From Bacteroidales bacterium (GTDB lineage: Bacteria; Bacteroidota; Bacteroidia; Bacteroidales; UBA12077), in the NCBI GenBank assembly GCA_028282585.1, contig JANQHR010000040.1, positions 1 to 64,000 on the forward strand: a stretch of DNA of 64,000 nucleotides. Direction: 5' to 3'. The notes below the pieces were generated by a model, which worked only from the letters and a program-made list of their open reading frames with translations, did no database searches and had not been told where the DNA came from. This document shows positions 9,401-19,405 of the stretch, piece after piece (the first letter of the stretch is position 1; each line of letters opens with the position of its first letter). The position numbers and the translations under genes are program-made.

Positions 9401-11276
9401 TAATCCGGAATTATCAATTATTGCAGAAGCAATGAAAGGTACCAAAACTGGTAAATTTTATGGAGATATTCATGGTCAATATGTTGCTACTTTAAAAGAG
9501 GTTGGAAGAAAACTAAATATTGATTTTTCCGTTGCCTGGAATGATTTGAATGAGAAAGCCAAAGAAATAATACTATTGGGTACAGGTGAAACAAAATATG
9601 AAGTTAAATGGAACTTTAAAAGAAAAAATAGAGAAGGATCACACGAGTTTAAAGGTAAATGGCCGGGATTAATACATTACGTTGATGATGAATACATCAG
9701 AAAACATGATAAACAAGGTGGAGATAAAATCACATCTTTAATGAAACAAATTAAATGTAAACACTGCAAAGGAACAAGATTAAATAATGAAGCATTAAAA
9801 TATAAAATTGATGATAAAAATATCGCAGAGCTATCCAACCTGGAGATAATTAAGGCAATCAATTATTTTAAAACATTAAAGAGCAAACTTTCTAAAAAAG
9901 AATTTCAAATAGCTGATCAAATTATTCTTGCTTGTTTATACAAGTTAAATGCACTTAACAAAATCGGATTAGGTTATTTAAGCACAAGCAGGTCAACATT
10001 AACGCTTTCCGGTGGTGAAGGAAGGCGTTTAAGATTAGTCTCACAACTTGGAGGAGAATTGGTTGGAATAACATACGTTTTAGATGAACCGACTATTGGA
10101 TTGCATTCAAGCGACACTAAAAATCTTATCGATATAATAAAACAGCTTTCAGCGAAAAATACAGTTGTGGTAGTTGAACATGACGAAGAAATAATTAGAT
10201 CCGCGGATCATATTATAGAATTAGGTCCGGGCGCAGGAAACGAAGGTGGTAAGATTATCGCCAAAGGCGATATTAAAAAATTTATCCAAAATAATAATTC
10301 TCTTACATCAAGGTATTTACAAAAAAAATTCAAATTAGATATTAGTAAATCAAAAATAGATTTGAATTTTGGGATCAATATTAAATCTGCATTTGCAAAT
10401 AATTTAAAGAACATTAGTATTCAGTTACCAATCAATGGAATTATAGTTTTCTCCGGTGTTTCGGGAAGTGGAAAATCCAGTTTATTATTTAATGTAATTG
10501 CAGAATCAGCTAAGCTAAAAAAGCCTGTTAATTGTGAAGAAGTTAACGGATTAGATCAGTTTAGCTCGATCATTAAAATGGACCAAACACCAATTGGTAA
10601 AAATCCGCTAAGTACACCATTAACTTTTCTGGATTTATATGATACTATTCGAGATCTATTTGCCAATACCGAATTAGCATCAAAAAATAAATATAAGAAA
10701 TCTTTTTTCTCTTATAATGTTAAAGGAGGCAGATGTGAGGCCTGCAAGGGCCAAGGACAAATTAAAGTATCCATGGATTTTCTTTCAGATGTTTGGGTAA
10801 CATGTAATGATTGTAACGGAACTCGTTTTAAGAATGATATTCTGGAAATTAAATGGAACAAGCATTCTATTTATGAAGTATTGGAATTAAAGATCAATCA
10901 GGCTTTACAAATTTTTGAATCAATTGAAAAATTAAGATTCGCTTTTAACTTACTTTGCAATTTAGGATTAGGGCATTTGAAACTTGGACAGGCAGCAAAT
11001 ACTTTGTCAGGTGGTGAGTCCCAGAGAATAAAACTGGCTAAAGAATTACTTAAGCAGTCGAAAGAAAAATGCCTTTATTTATTAGATGAACCTACTACCG
11101 GCTTACACTTTTATGATATCGAAAAACTTTTGAAAGTAATATTTCACTTGCGGGATCAAGGTCATGCATTGTATATAATAGAGCACCATCCATGGTTAAC
11201 TGAAGTTGCTGATTACGAAATTGAACTTGGTCCTGAAGGTGGTGATAAAGGTGGATATTTAATGAACTCTCAATAG
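6456..11276 (+). CDS. uvrA: Double-length UvrA-like ABC ATPase (two fused class II-like UvrA units)
   Basis: Four Walker A motifs (GISGSGKS, GVSGAGKS, GVSGSGKS x2), four LSGGE, four LDEP/FDEP Walker B, CxxC zinc motifs. Both halves go directly from RLLFxR to FSFN. Confidence 0.88.
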   Translation: MKDKDQYIVVNKANEHNLKNVSLKIPHHQITCFTGISGSGKSSLVYDIICKESQRRYFESFSSYARQFLGKLSKPDVEHIDGLMPAISVDQKTVNRNPRSTVGTISELYDYLRLLFARFGQRSEEFSNIKISRSLFSFNSPEGACPHCKGLGVEDQIDPKLLIKDETKTLREGALKITTPSGYTIYSQVTIDVLNQVCQSEGFHVDIPWKDLTPEQKNIILNGSNKIKIPYGKHTLESRMKWSGITAKPREEGYYKGIISVMENILRVDRNPNILRFAKTVKCSHCNGKRLNNKAQSITISEKNIVDYSELSIIQLKDTFKKLKEDQDSVSKPIIEKIVDRCNILENLGLGYLNLMRESTTLSGGEAQRIRLATQVGNGLRGILYILDEPSIGLHPRDNKRMISIMQELRNQGNTVLVVEHDKETMLSSDKIVDIGPLAGKNGGKILLNENTSEISNLNYKESETVKHLLKESAPPNSKRNIGDKWLYIKGAKLHNLKNINPKFRLHALNVVTGVSGAGKSTLVFDVLSKYFENKSDQLIVDDIITDSNIHKIIEINQTPIGKTPRSNAATYTKLFDQIRKLFANVPEAKERKWNQSHFSFNTKGGRCEACEGAGVTQTGMHFLANVETVCETCEGKRYNEETLNVQYKGKNISEILEMEISDACDFFKDHPKIFHYLDIMRNLGLGYLSLGQSATTLSGGEAQRLKLAAELVKPTKDHTLYLFDEPTTGLHLYDVSILIEALRNLIKKGHTVIVIEHDFGIIRNADFIVDLGPEGGEEGGKVVFSGCYLDLINHSDSYTAQALNKQLTSNPSNPKIDINKIINAPINLKGINTHNLKNLDIEIPRNKLTVLTGVSGSGKSSLAFDTLFAEGQHRFTESFSTYTRSLIQQKSKPDLVESNGLTPTIAIDNKSVSKSPRGTVGTISGLYDLYRLLFSRISKYENGHLCNVLSNHFSFNHQAGACPECDGLGYQLTCDPEKLITNPELSIIAEAMKGTKTGKFYGDIHGQYVATLKEVGRKLNIDFSVAWNDLNEKAKEIILLGTGETKYEVKWNFKRKNREGSHEFKGKWPGLIHYVDDEYIRKHDKQGGDKITSLMKQIKCKHCKGTRLNNEALKYKIDDKNIAELSNLEIIKAINYFKTLKSKLSKKEFQIADQIILACLYKLNALNKIGLGYLSTSRSTLTLSGGEGRRLRLVSQLGGELVGITYVLDEPTIGLHSSDTKNLIDIIKQLSAKNTVVVVEHDEEIIRSADHIIELGPGAGNEGGKIIAKGDIKKFIQNNNSLTSRYLQKKFKLDISKSKIDLNFGINIKSAFANNLKNISIQLPINGIIVFSGVSGSGKSSLLFNVIAESAKLKKPVNCEEVNGLDQFSSIIKMDQTPIGKNPLSTPLTFLDLYDTIRDLFANTELASKNKYKKSFFSYNVKGGRCEACKGQGQIKVSMDFLSDVWVTCNDCNGTRFKNDILEIKWNKHSIYEVLELKINQALQIFESIEKLRFAFNLLCNLGLGHLKLGQAANTLSGGESQRIKLAKELLKQSKEKCLYLLDEPTTGLHFYDIEKLLKVIFHLRDQGHALYIIEHHPWLTEVADYEIELGPEGGDKGGYLMNSQ

Positions 11277-11588
11277 TTATTTTCTAGCATAAAACACTTT
11301 GCCAACTTGCTTGATATGGTTAATTAAATCAGAATTATCAATGTGCTTATAGAGGGAAAGATCAAAAGTGTAAGGTAACAAAAGGTCATCTAATTCCCAA
11401 TCAATCTTGTTTAAAATAGCTAGATTTAGTTCATCTCCTTTTACTGTTAGGTCAATATCTGAGCCATTTTTATAATTCCCCATTGCCCTAGAACCATATA
11501 AAATTACCTCTTGAACCTGGGGGTAATTTAAAAAGACTCCTTTTATTTGATTTATAACACTTATTTTTAAACCAAAAATATTTTCCAT
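11277..11588 (-). CDS. MNT nucleotidyltransferase antitoxin (MntA-like)
   Basis: LYGSRAMG...SDIDL (GSX10DXD) motif; 103 aa. Confidence 0.88.
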   Translation of the reverse strand: MENIFGLKISVINQIKGVFLNYPQVQEVILYGSRAMGNYKNGSDIDLTVKGDELNLAILNKIDWELDDLLLPYTFDLSLYKHIDNSDLINHIKQVGKVFYARK

Positions 11589-11987
11589 TTATAAAAGTGA
11601 ATTCATTTTACTTTCAAAAGCAAGAAAAAGCTTATAATATAATTGAAAAACAGCATTTACTACTTCTTCTGCAGTATCTTGATTATAGGTATGTGAAGTT
11701 TTAACTCTGTCCTTATACATATTCATCCAACCTTCTCCATCTTCTATTAAATTTAATTGAAATGCCTTCCTTATTGAGTCTCGCGATCCAAAAATATTTG
11801 TTTGCCCTTTGAATTCCAAAAAGTCTTTCATAACAGTCTAACCAAGTTCATAAACATATTCAAAGGACTGAATCAGTCCTTGCATTTCTAACTCAGACAA
11901 TTCTCTTTTAACGATAAACTTCTTGAGTTGTGCTAAGACTTTTTTATAATTGTTAAACCTTTGTTTCCAACGAATATCTTCTTCCAA
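11589..11987 (-). pseudogene. HEPN toxin (HI0074 / nucleotidyltransferase substrate-binding family) with in-frame TAG at codon 50
   Basis: TTG 11987 reads MEEDIRWKQRFNNY...GLIQSFEYVYELG*TVMKDF; the TAG (11840-11838) replaces the conserved Trp. RVKTSH (RX4H) is intact. The ORF track shows only the 3' part. Confidence 0.8.
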
Positions 11988-12050
11988 CGTAATTTAATTT
12001 GGTGATTTGATTTCTAAAAGTACAAAATAATTGGATTTTTTTAAAAGGAA

Positions 12051-12425
12051 TTAAGTTTGTCCCTTCTCTTTGAAATATGTCCTGATAAGTACTTTTTTTA
12101 ATTCTCGTTCCAGTATTTTATGAGTAATAATTTCCGGAACCGTTTCAAACCGTAAATTTGGATCATTTTTCGATAACTCTTTTTCACTGAGATCAATTTG
12201 ATAAAGCAGAGACATCAACTTCTCCGAATCTGCACTTAACAAGTCTTCGATATAAACTCTTAGTTGATTAAAAAGTTCTTCGTATGCAAAATTCACGTTA
12301 CCTGAAAAGTTCACTTCCATTCCAAACATTGCAAAGTCTTTTCTTACCTGCTCTGCTGTTAGCAAAACGAATTTTTCTTCTTTCTTCGATCTTTCTATTT
12401 CACTCTGACTAACGAGCTGACTCAT
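12051..12425 (-). CDS. Conserved hypothetical protein
   Basis: 124 aa; QVRKDF, LLYQIDLSE, RELKKV; overlaps the stop of the upstream gene. Confidence 0.7.
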   Translation of the reverse strand: MSQLVSQSEIERSKKEEKFVLLTAEQVRKDFAMFGMEVNFSGNVNFAYEELFNQLRVYIEDLLSADSEKLMSLLYQIDLSEKELSKNDPNLRFETVPEIITHKILERELKKVLIRTYFKEKGQT

Positions 12426-13407
12426 TTGGTATAATAACTGAGTTTAAAATAGCCTCAAGCTGACGCAAGTAATCACGTTTATCGAATCGCGGAGCATAAA
12501 CAAAGCCATCGATATTAATTACTTTATTTTGTTTTTCGTCTATAAAAGAAAAACTGATAAATGGACCTCCCATAAAATCATTTTCTACACGCCATAAATT
12601 TCTTAGTTCAATAACTTTTATATCATTAACCGATATTTCACGTCTGTAAGGAATTGTCTCTGATTCAACAGCCATATAAGATCCCTGCGTTGGTCCGGGA
12701 ACATACCTTTTTGTAAACTGGTTTCGTTTCGCAAATAAATAATCAGTTGTAAGATCTACTTCCGGTTTATCATATGCATATACTAAAATACCTTGAACAA
12801 CATCACCTCTGCCTCTACTTTCAATCCACACAAAATCCGTTGTATCCACATCTACTGTATAACCTTTAGGAATAGTTAAACGAATACCAAACTTCTTTTC
12901 CAATTGATTAGCAATTACCTTTTCTTCGTATTTTTTGTAGTTCTCAGCATATCGTTCCATTTCTTTTTTCATGATTCGATCAATTAATATATCACCCTTC
13001 TCAGCCACAACTGCTGCCAAACTGCTATCATCAGGAGCAATAACATTAACTATTAACTGTGGATCGGACCAACGATCTTCCTGTATTACCATTTTAGGTT
13101 CGGAAATATCTTTATCTACTCTAGCAAAAACTAAATTTCGGTGCGTTTTAAATATATTAGAAAAAGCATCATAAGGAATATGAACCAGATCAAACATTGG
13201 TTCTGGTTGAGGTAAAGCTGGGTAAGCTTTATTAAATTTGTTTTTAAACTCTTTTCCAACATTAGAACTCCAATGACCAGGAGCAATAACCAAAACTACT
13301 TCGCCAGACTTACCGGTAACATTTGGAAGTAACTTTTTCTGGTCTTTATCTTTACAAGACGCTAAAAAAACCAGTGCTACTAAAATTACAGGAATATATT
13401 TTCTCAT
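12409..13407 (-). CDS. DUF4837-family lipoprotein
   Basis: Lipobox LASC; LPQPEPMF, FKTHRN, MGGPF, GFVYAP..KR; usual position after mltD in Bacteroidota. Confidence 0.85.
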   Translation of the reverse strand: MRKYIPVILVALVFLASCKDKDQKKLLPNVTGKSGEVVLVIAPGHWSSNVGKEFKNKFNKAYPALPQPEPMFDLVHIPYDAFSNIFKTHRNLVFARVDKDISEPKMVIQEDRWSDPQLIVNVIAPDDSSLAAVVAEKGDILIDRIMKKEMERYAENYKKYEEKVIANQLEKKFGIRLTIPKGYTVDVDTTDFVWIESRGRGDVVQGILVYAYDKPEVDLTTDYLFAKRNQFTKRYVPGPTQGSYMAVESETIPYRREISVNDIKVIELRNLWRVENDFMGGPFISFSFIDEKQNKVINIDGFVYAPRFDKRDYLRQLEAILNSVIIPNESAR

Positions 13408-13419
13408 TATAAAATAGAT

Positions 13420-14811
13420 TTATTTATTAAGATAAATTTTAAGCTTTTTACCCGGTTTTAGATCATTTTCATCAACAATATTATTTTCTTCCTTTAATTC
13501 AGAAATCGATCTACAATTGAATTTTTCCGCTATGCTCCAAACCGTATCACCTTTCTGAACGGTATAATAAATATAACGATCAGTTGTATCCCTTTGTTGT
13601 TTAGGGCGAGTTCTTTCCTCTTCAATCTGACGTGCTAATTCCGGGCTTATCCAAACATCCAGTTTTTGTCCAACATTAAGATCATTCGTCGGTAAACTGT
13701 TCCATATTTTTATATCATCAATAGTACAGTTATATTTTATGGCTATTTTATGAAAATATTCTCCTTTAGCTACTTCATGAATCACTTTTATTTTACCATT
13801 GGTTTCTCCAGCTTCTGTTACATGCTCATAATCTTTTTCCGATACGGATTCATCATAAATAGCTTTTTCATTTCGAAGAAAAGTTCTGATTTTCTTTTCA
13901 GGTAAAATAAGTGTTGCTGGTTCTTTCATTTTAGGAATATAGTCCAGCTTGTATACGGGGTTTAGATATTGAAGTGTTTTTATCGGGACTTTGGTTACTT
14001 CTGATATCCTTTTAAAAGTAGCTGCTTTACTTAATTTAACCGTATCAACATCTAAATGAATAAATTTTGACTTTATTGGTTTAATGTTGTGATCTTCGTA
14101 GTGATTCATTACATAATTAACTGCTATAAAAGCAGGAACATACCCATTAGTTTGTGCCGGCAGGTAATCATGAATTTCCCAAAAATCTGTTTTTCCTCCG
14201 GAGCGAGCGATTGCATTTCTAACAACTCCCGGACCACCATTGTATGCTGCTAATGCCAGTTGCCAATCATTATATATTCTGTATAAATATTGTAAATAAC
14301 TGCATGCGGCTTCAGTAGATTTATAAGGATCGCGTCTTTCATCAACGTATGAATTAACCTCAAGATCAAACATTTTACTTGTGTTGATCTTAAATTGCCA
14401 TAAACCAACAGCAGCAGAAGATGATACTGCTCGCGGATCTAAAGCTGATTCAACAATGGCCAAATATTTTAATTCTAATGGCAGTTGATACTTATCCAGA
14501 GCCTCCTCAAAAATAGGAAAATATAGCTCTGCTAAACCAATAATTTTTGCCAAATGCTCCCGACGTTCAATTGTATAAACATCGATATACCTTCTAACAC
14601 GTTCATTATACTCCAATTCAATCGGAGTCATATTATTTAATTCTGCAATTTTGTATTCATAAACCAAATCGGGGTAAATAGGGATGGAATCTTTCTTTTC
14701 CTCGTCAACAGGATCTTCTTCATTTTCAAACTTATTACCCGTACCACTAGAATCTAAAGAAACTATTGTACTCAAAAAAAACGCAATTATTAAAAACCTC
14801 AATCTGCCCAT
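13420..14811 (-). CDS. mltD: MltD-like lytic transglycosylase with LysM domains
   Basis: AIVES, AVGLWQF, DERRDP, LAAYNGG; two C-terminal LysM domains. Confidence 0.9.
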   Translation of the reverse strand: MGRLRFLIIAFFLSTIVSLDSSGTGNKFENEEDPVDEEKKDSIPIYPDLVYEYKIAELNNMTPIELEYNERVRRYIDVYTIERREHLAKIIGLAELYFPIFEEALDKYQLPLELKYLAIVESALDPRAVSSSAAVGLWQFKINTSKMFDLEVNSYVDERRDPYKSTEAACSYLQYLYRIYNDWQLALAAYNGGPGVVRNAIARSGGKTDFWEIHDYLPAQTNGYVPAFIAVNYVMNHYEDHNIKPIKSKFIHLDVDTVKLSKAATFKRISEVTKVPIKTLQYLNPVYKLDYIPKMKEPATLILPEKKIRTFLRNEKAIYDESVSEKDYEHVTEAGETNGKIKVIHEVAKGEYFHKIAIKYNCTIDDIKIWNSLPTNDLNVGQKLDVWISPELARQIEEERTRPKQQRDTTDRYIYYTVQKGDTVWSIAEKFNCRSISELKEENNIVDENDLKPGKKLKIYLNK

Positions 14812-14922
14812 AAACCAAAAGTAAAATAACGAATGTATGGTAAAAATAATATATATATCCTACTTATTCATTAAATAAAAAGAAAAAGCAAAATGTATTT
14901 ATTAACAAGTGTTTTAACAAAT

Positions 14923-14954
14923 AAAAAACCTGCTTAGTTTAGTTTAAGCAGGTT
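14923..14954 (-). terminator. Intrinsic terminator after tatA
   Basis: AACCTGCTTA/TAAGCAGGTT stem with a U tract on the minus strand. Confidence 0.75.
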
Positions 14955-14976
14955 AATTTGATTAAATATAAATTTT

Positions 14977-15165
14977 CTAACTCTTCTCTGAATCCTTTGG
15001 TTCTTCATCATCCTTGGTTGCTTTCTTGAATTCCTTCATACCTTGACCAAGGCCTTTCATTAACTCTGGAATTTTTCTACCACCGAAAATTAATACAATT
15101 ACCAGTACGATAATAACAATTTCCCAAGGACCGAACATTCCAAGAATAATAGTAGGTTTAAACAT
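14977..15165 (-). CDS. tatA: Twin-arginine translocase subunit TatA/E
   Basis: TM helix, [21 protein letters not shown]. Confidence 0.93.
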   Translation of the reverse strand: MFKPTIILGMFGPWEIVIIVLVIVLIFGGRKIPELMKGLGQGMKEFKKATKDDEEPKDSEKS

Positions 15166-15208
15166 GACCTTTAATTTTTAATTATTTATACAAATGTAAG
15201 CTAAATTA

Positions 15209-16531
15209 TTATTTATTAAAAAGCTTAAAAATATCATTTCCATTCGCATATAATAAGAGAGCCAATAAAATAACCATACCAGCAATCTGAGCATATTCCA
15301 AAAACTTATCGCTTGGTTTACGTCCTGTAACCATTTCATATAATAAGAACATTACATGTCCACCATCCAAGGCAGGAATAGGAAGCACATTCATAATAGC
15401 AAGTATAATAGATAGAAATGCTGTTAAATTCCAAAAAGCCTGCCAATCCCACGTTCCAGGAAAAATCTTACCAATTGTAATAAATCCGCCAAGTGATTTA
15501 TATGCTTCCGTTTTCGGTGAAAAAATAAGCTTGAGCTGTTTTAAATAACTTTCAAATGTTTCAATTCCTTTATCAATTCCTGCAGGGATTGAAGCCATAA
15601 ATGAATAGTCTATTTTCTCAAGCACAAATAATTCTTTTAAACTACCAACCGGTGCTACTCCAATTAATCCCGTTTCCGGAACTAAAACGGAATAACTAAC
15701 GGTATCTTCTCCTCTTAAAGCAGTTATTAGCACTTCGGAGTTTTTATAATGAGATAAGGTATCTTTAAACTCATCAAAGAAATTTACGGTTTTATTGTTA
15801 ATTGCTATAAGTTTATCATTAAATTCAAATCCTGCTTCTTTTGCTGGTGAATCTTTCGCAAATCCTCCAATAAAAAATGGAATTCTTACATCTATAAAAC
15901 CTGTTGTTTTTAAAAGCTCCGGTATTAAAGTTTCAGGAACCGGAATCTCCACTTGTTCGCCACTCCTCTCTATTTGTATTGTTTTTACTCCTTCCAAAAC
16001 AATATCAGGTACAATGGAATAGAAATTATCAATTTCCTGCCCATCTAAGGAAACTACTTTATCTCCACTCCTAAGGCCAATATCATAAGCCAGGGAATCT
16101 ACCATAATACCATGCTCAACATTTTTATTAGGCAGGTATTGCTCACCCCAGACATATAATATGCCAGAATATATAACCAGCGCTGTAACAAAATTTACTA
16201 ATACACCTCCCAGCATAATCAATAATCGTTGCCATGATTTTTTAGAACGAAATTCGTGCGGTTGCGGTGGCTTTTTCATTTGTTCCTTATCCATAGATTC
16301 GTCTATCATTCCCGATATTTTTACATATCCTCCTAAGGGTAACCATCCCATACCATATTCCGTTTCACCTTTTTTTACTTTAAATAATGAAAACCAAGGA
16401 TTAAAAAAGAGATAGAATTTTTCTACCCTGGTTTTAAATATTTTAGCAAACATAAAATGTCCAAATTCGTGTAAAATAACTAATATGGATATGCTAAGTA
16501 AAAATTGTCCTGTTTTAACTAATACTTCCAT
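15209..16531 (-). CDS. rseP: RIP metalloprotease RseP
   Basis: HEFGH, PLGGYVKI, PDZ region, NVLPIPALDGG. Confidence 0.95.
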   Translation of the reverse strand: MEVLVKTGQFLLSISILVILHEFGHFMFAKIFKTRVEKFYLFFNPWFSLFKVKKGETEYGMGWLPLGGYVKISGMIDESMDKEQMKKPPQPHEFRSKKSWQRLLIMLGGVLVNFVTALVIYSGILYVWGEQYLPNKNVEHGIMVDSLAYDIGLRSGDKVVSLDGQEIDNFYSIVPDIVLEGVKTIQIERSGEQVEIPVPETLIPELLKTTGFIDVRIPFFIGGFAKDSPAKEAGFEFNDKLIAINNKTVNFFDEFKDTLSHYKNSEVLITALRGEDTVSYSVLVPETGLIGVAPVGSLKELFVLEKIDYSFMASIPAGIDKGIETFESYLKQLKLIFSPKTEAYKSLGGFITIGKIFPGTWDWQAFWNLTAFLSIILAIMNVLPIPALDGGHVMFLLYEMVTGRKPSDKFLEYAQIAGMVILLALLLYANGNDIFKLFNK

Positions 16532-16543
16532 CTAAATCTTCTT

Positions 16544-17698
16544 TTACTTCTTTATTAATGTTTTTGAAAATTCTCTTGTCTCTTTATCTGTATTTATTAA
16601 ATCATCCAGTTCAGGATGTTTTATATAATTAATTTTTTGCATACTTTGTTCAATGATCTGTGTCATTTCACAAAATCCAATTTTATCATTTAAAAATGCT
16701 TCAACAGCAATTTCGTTAGCAGCATTCAAAATACAAGGCATATTACCACATTTACCCATTGCTTCAAAAGCTAATGCTAAATTTCTAAAATTCGTTAAGT
16801 CCGGTTTTTCGAAATTCAACTCCGGATAATCCCAGAAGCTAAATCTTGGAAATTCAGTTTTAACTCTGTTTGGGAATCCTAATGCATATAAAATAGGAAG
16901 TTTCATATCCGGTAATCCCATTTGTGCTTTGATAGATCCATCTTCGAACTGAACTGCTGAATGAATTATCGATTGCGGGTGAACTACAACTTCGATTTGG
17001 GTAGGATTTAAACCAAACAACCATCTTGCCTCGATAGCTTCCAGACCCTTATTCATCATGGTAGCGGAATCAATTGTTATCTTAGCACCCATATCCCAAT
17101 TTGGATGCTTTAACGCATTTTCTTTAGTTGCAGTTTTGAGGAATTCCAGATCCTTTCCCCTGAATGGCCCACCTGATGCTGTTAAATATATCTTTTCAAT
17201 TGCATTTTGACCTTCTCCAACAAGGCACTGAAAGATTGCCGAATGTTCGGAATCAACCGGATAAATACTTACTTTATGATGAAATGCCAGTTTCTGAATA
17301 ATTTCTCCCGCTACTACTAAAGTTTCTTTATTTGCTAATGCAATGGTTTTGCCTGATTTAATAGCTTTTATGGTTGGCAGTAATCCGGAATATCCTACCA
17401 TCGCAGTTAAAACCACATCAATGGTATCCATTTCAACAATTTGTGCAATAGCATCATTCCCGGCATATACCTTAACAGGTAAATCTTCAAGCTGATCTAG
17501 CAATTCGTTGTATCTTGATTCATTTGCAATAACAACTGTATTGGGTTTAAACTCTCTGGCCTGATTTGATAGTAATTCAATATTATTATAGGTGGTTAAT
17601 ACTTCCACCTCAAAATGATCAGGATTCTCTCTTATTACTTCTAATGCTTGTGTTCCGATCGAACCGGTAGATCCTAATATTGCAACTCTTTTTTTCAT
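16544..17698 (-). CDS. dxr: 1-deoxy-D-xylulose-5-phosphate reductoisomerase
   Basis: GSTGSIG, LANKE, PVDSEH, HPNWDMG, NAANE. Confidence 0.97.
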   Translation of the reverse strand: MKKRVAILGSTGSIGTQALEVIRENPDHFEVEVLTTYNNIELLSNQAREFKPNTVVIANESRYNELLDQLEDLPVKVYAGNDAIAQIVEMDTIDVVLTAMVGYSGLLPTIKAIKSGKTIALANKETLVVAGEIIQKLAFHHKVSIYPVDSEHSAIFQCLVGEGQNAIEKIYLTASGGPFRGKDLEFLKTATKENALKHPNWDMGAKITIDSATMMNKGLEAIEARWLFGLNPTQIEVVVHPQSIIHSAVQFEDGSIKAQMGLPDMKLPILYALGFPNRVKTEFPRFSFWDYPELNFEKPDLTNFRNLALAFEAMGKCGNMPCILNAANEIAVEAFLNDKIGFCEMTQIIEQSMQKINYIKHPELDDLINTDKETREFSKTLIKK

Positions 17699-17730
17699 TT
17701 AAAACTATTACTCTCCTTCTCCAAATTTAA

Positions 17731-18597
17731 TTAGAATGCTACATAATCTTCCGGATCTATGGGAGTTCCATTGTGCCATAATTCAAAATGAAGGTGCGGA
17801 CCGCTGGTTAATTCACCTGAGTTTCCAATAATTGCAATTGCATCGCCAGCCTTAACATGGTTTCCAACTTTTTTAAGTAATTCTGAATTATGCTTGTATA
17901 CTGAAATTAAATTATTATTGTGCTGTATTTGTATAACATATCCCGTCTCTAGAGTCCAGTTTGCAATGGTTATGGTTCCATCTAAAGTTGCACTCACTAC
18001 CTTATTCGAAGCCGTAACGATATCGGTACCAAAATGATTTTCGTTAGGACTAAAAGAGTTTGTTACCAAACCTTTAACCGGAGGATAAAAATGAATGCTT
18101 GAAAAATCCGTTTTATTTGTTGTACCAGTTAAAATAGATAAATTAAATAATTCTTCTTCTTCTATTTGTTGTCGTAATAAAGAATCATGTTCCGATTTAT
18201 CAAAACTGATTTCTTCGTAACGAATCGTTGTATCTTGTTCGCTTTCATAACTTAGAGGAGTACCTCCTCTAATTATAGTATTTATGCTTTCGAAATAACG
18301 ATCACGGATCTCCAGTTCATGTTCCAGTGAGTCTAATTTATAAACATTAGAAATAATATTACGACGCATATTACCATCAGGATAACCGGGGATAAATTCT
18401 CGTAATGGAGTAAAGGCAATTAAAACTATAATGCCTATTGTAAAAAGTAATATACTAGTTCCTAAAATAGAAAACACATTTAATCTTGATAAACGTAAAA
18501 ACCATACCTCCTCGAATGTATCATCATTATATATACTAAGGCGGTATTTATGTTTTAATTTATTTACTATGCGCTTCTTTTTTTCTTTAATCATCAA
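17731..18597 (-). CDS. M23 family metallopeptidase
   Basis: HFGTD, YKHN and GPHLHFELW motifs; N-terminal TM. Confidence 0.92.
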   Translation of the reverse strand: MMIKEKKKRIVNKLKHKYRLSIYNDDTFEEVWFLRLSRLNVFSILGTSILLFTIGIIVLIAFTPLREFIPGYPDGNMRRNIISNVYKLDSLEHELEIRDRYFESINTIIRGGTPLSYESEQDTTIRYEEISFDKSEHDSLLRQQIEEEELFNLSILTGTTNKTDFSSIHFYPPVKGLVTNSFSPNENHFGTDIVTASNKVVSATLDGTITIANWTLETGYVIQIQHNNNLISVYKHNSELLKKVGNHVKAGDAIAIIGNSGELTSGPHLHFELWHNGTPIDPEDYVAF

Positions 18598-18803
18598 TCA
18601 TTTAATTTGATTACAAAGATAAAAGATTTAATAATCTAAATTGTTTATTTAAGCGTACTAAAATAGATTAAACAAACGAATTATACGAACTGTTTTTAAT
18701 ATTTATAATGCTATAATAACATTATTTAACAAATCCAAGTTAAATTGATAACTAAAATATTTATGGTAATGATAACTTATTATTAAGAATAATGAAAAAA
18801 AAC

Positions 18804-18834
18804 TTTGTTTTCTATGTATCATTGGTTACATTTG
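18804..18834 (+). promoter_or_regulatory. Bacteroidota housekeeping promoter for tRNA-fMet
   Basis: TTTG (18804-18807), 19-nt spacer, TACATTTG (18827-18834). Confidence 0.7.
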
Positions 18835-18871
18835 CATCCGCAATTGAGAAATAAACGTACTTAAAATATAT

Positions 18872-18944
<73 letters not shown>

Positions 18945-18948
18945 CTAA

Positions 18949-18984
18949 AGAGCCTGAGAAATTTAATCTCAGGCTTTTTCTTTT
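18949..18984 (+). terminator. Intrinsic terminator after the tRNA
   Basis: AGCCTGAGA/TCTCAGGCT stem followed by a T tract. Confidence 0.8.
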
Positions 18985-19405
18985 ATGATCTACTCTTCAA
19001 CTGTTAGATAATTATATAAATTTCACATCTCAGTCGAAAAACTTACATAGATTCTTGACATTATCTAATTATTTTCTATTTTTAAACAATCAACACCTAC
19101 CAGGACTATTGCGAATACGAAAGGGAGAGTAAAAAAGTATTGTAATGGTTCAGAACAAAAAATTGTTATTAACTCAATTCTTGATATCTTTTTTCAAGAG
19201 CTTGACTGTATGCAACATACGGTTTAAACCCAATTTTGTCATAAAATCTGTAATAAGCTTTTTGAGCATCAAATTACAATATAATTTAAAAAACTTGTAT
19301 TTGTATACTATTATGGAAGCTAAACTTTATCTATTAACCGTGTTTATTATAACAACAGCTGAAAATCTGGAAAATCATTGTATTTAATAATTAAAAAGAA
19401 CAATA

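Noticed and set aside
11838-11840. Stop-codon reassignment or pyrrolysine readthrough of the TAG in HEPN
   Set aside because: TAG ends other genes normally here (uvrA-like, tatA, HD protein); a single TGG>TAG change is simpler.
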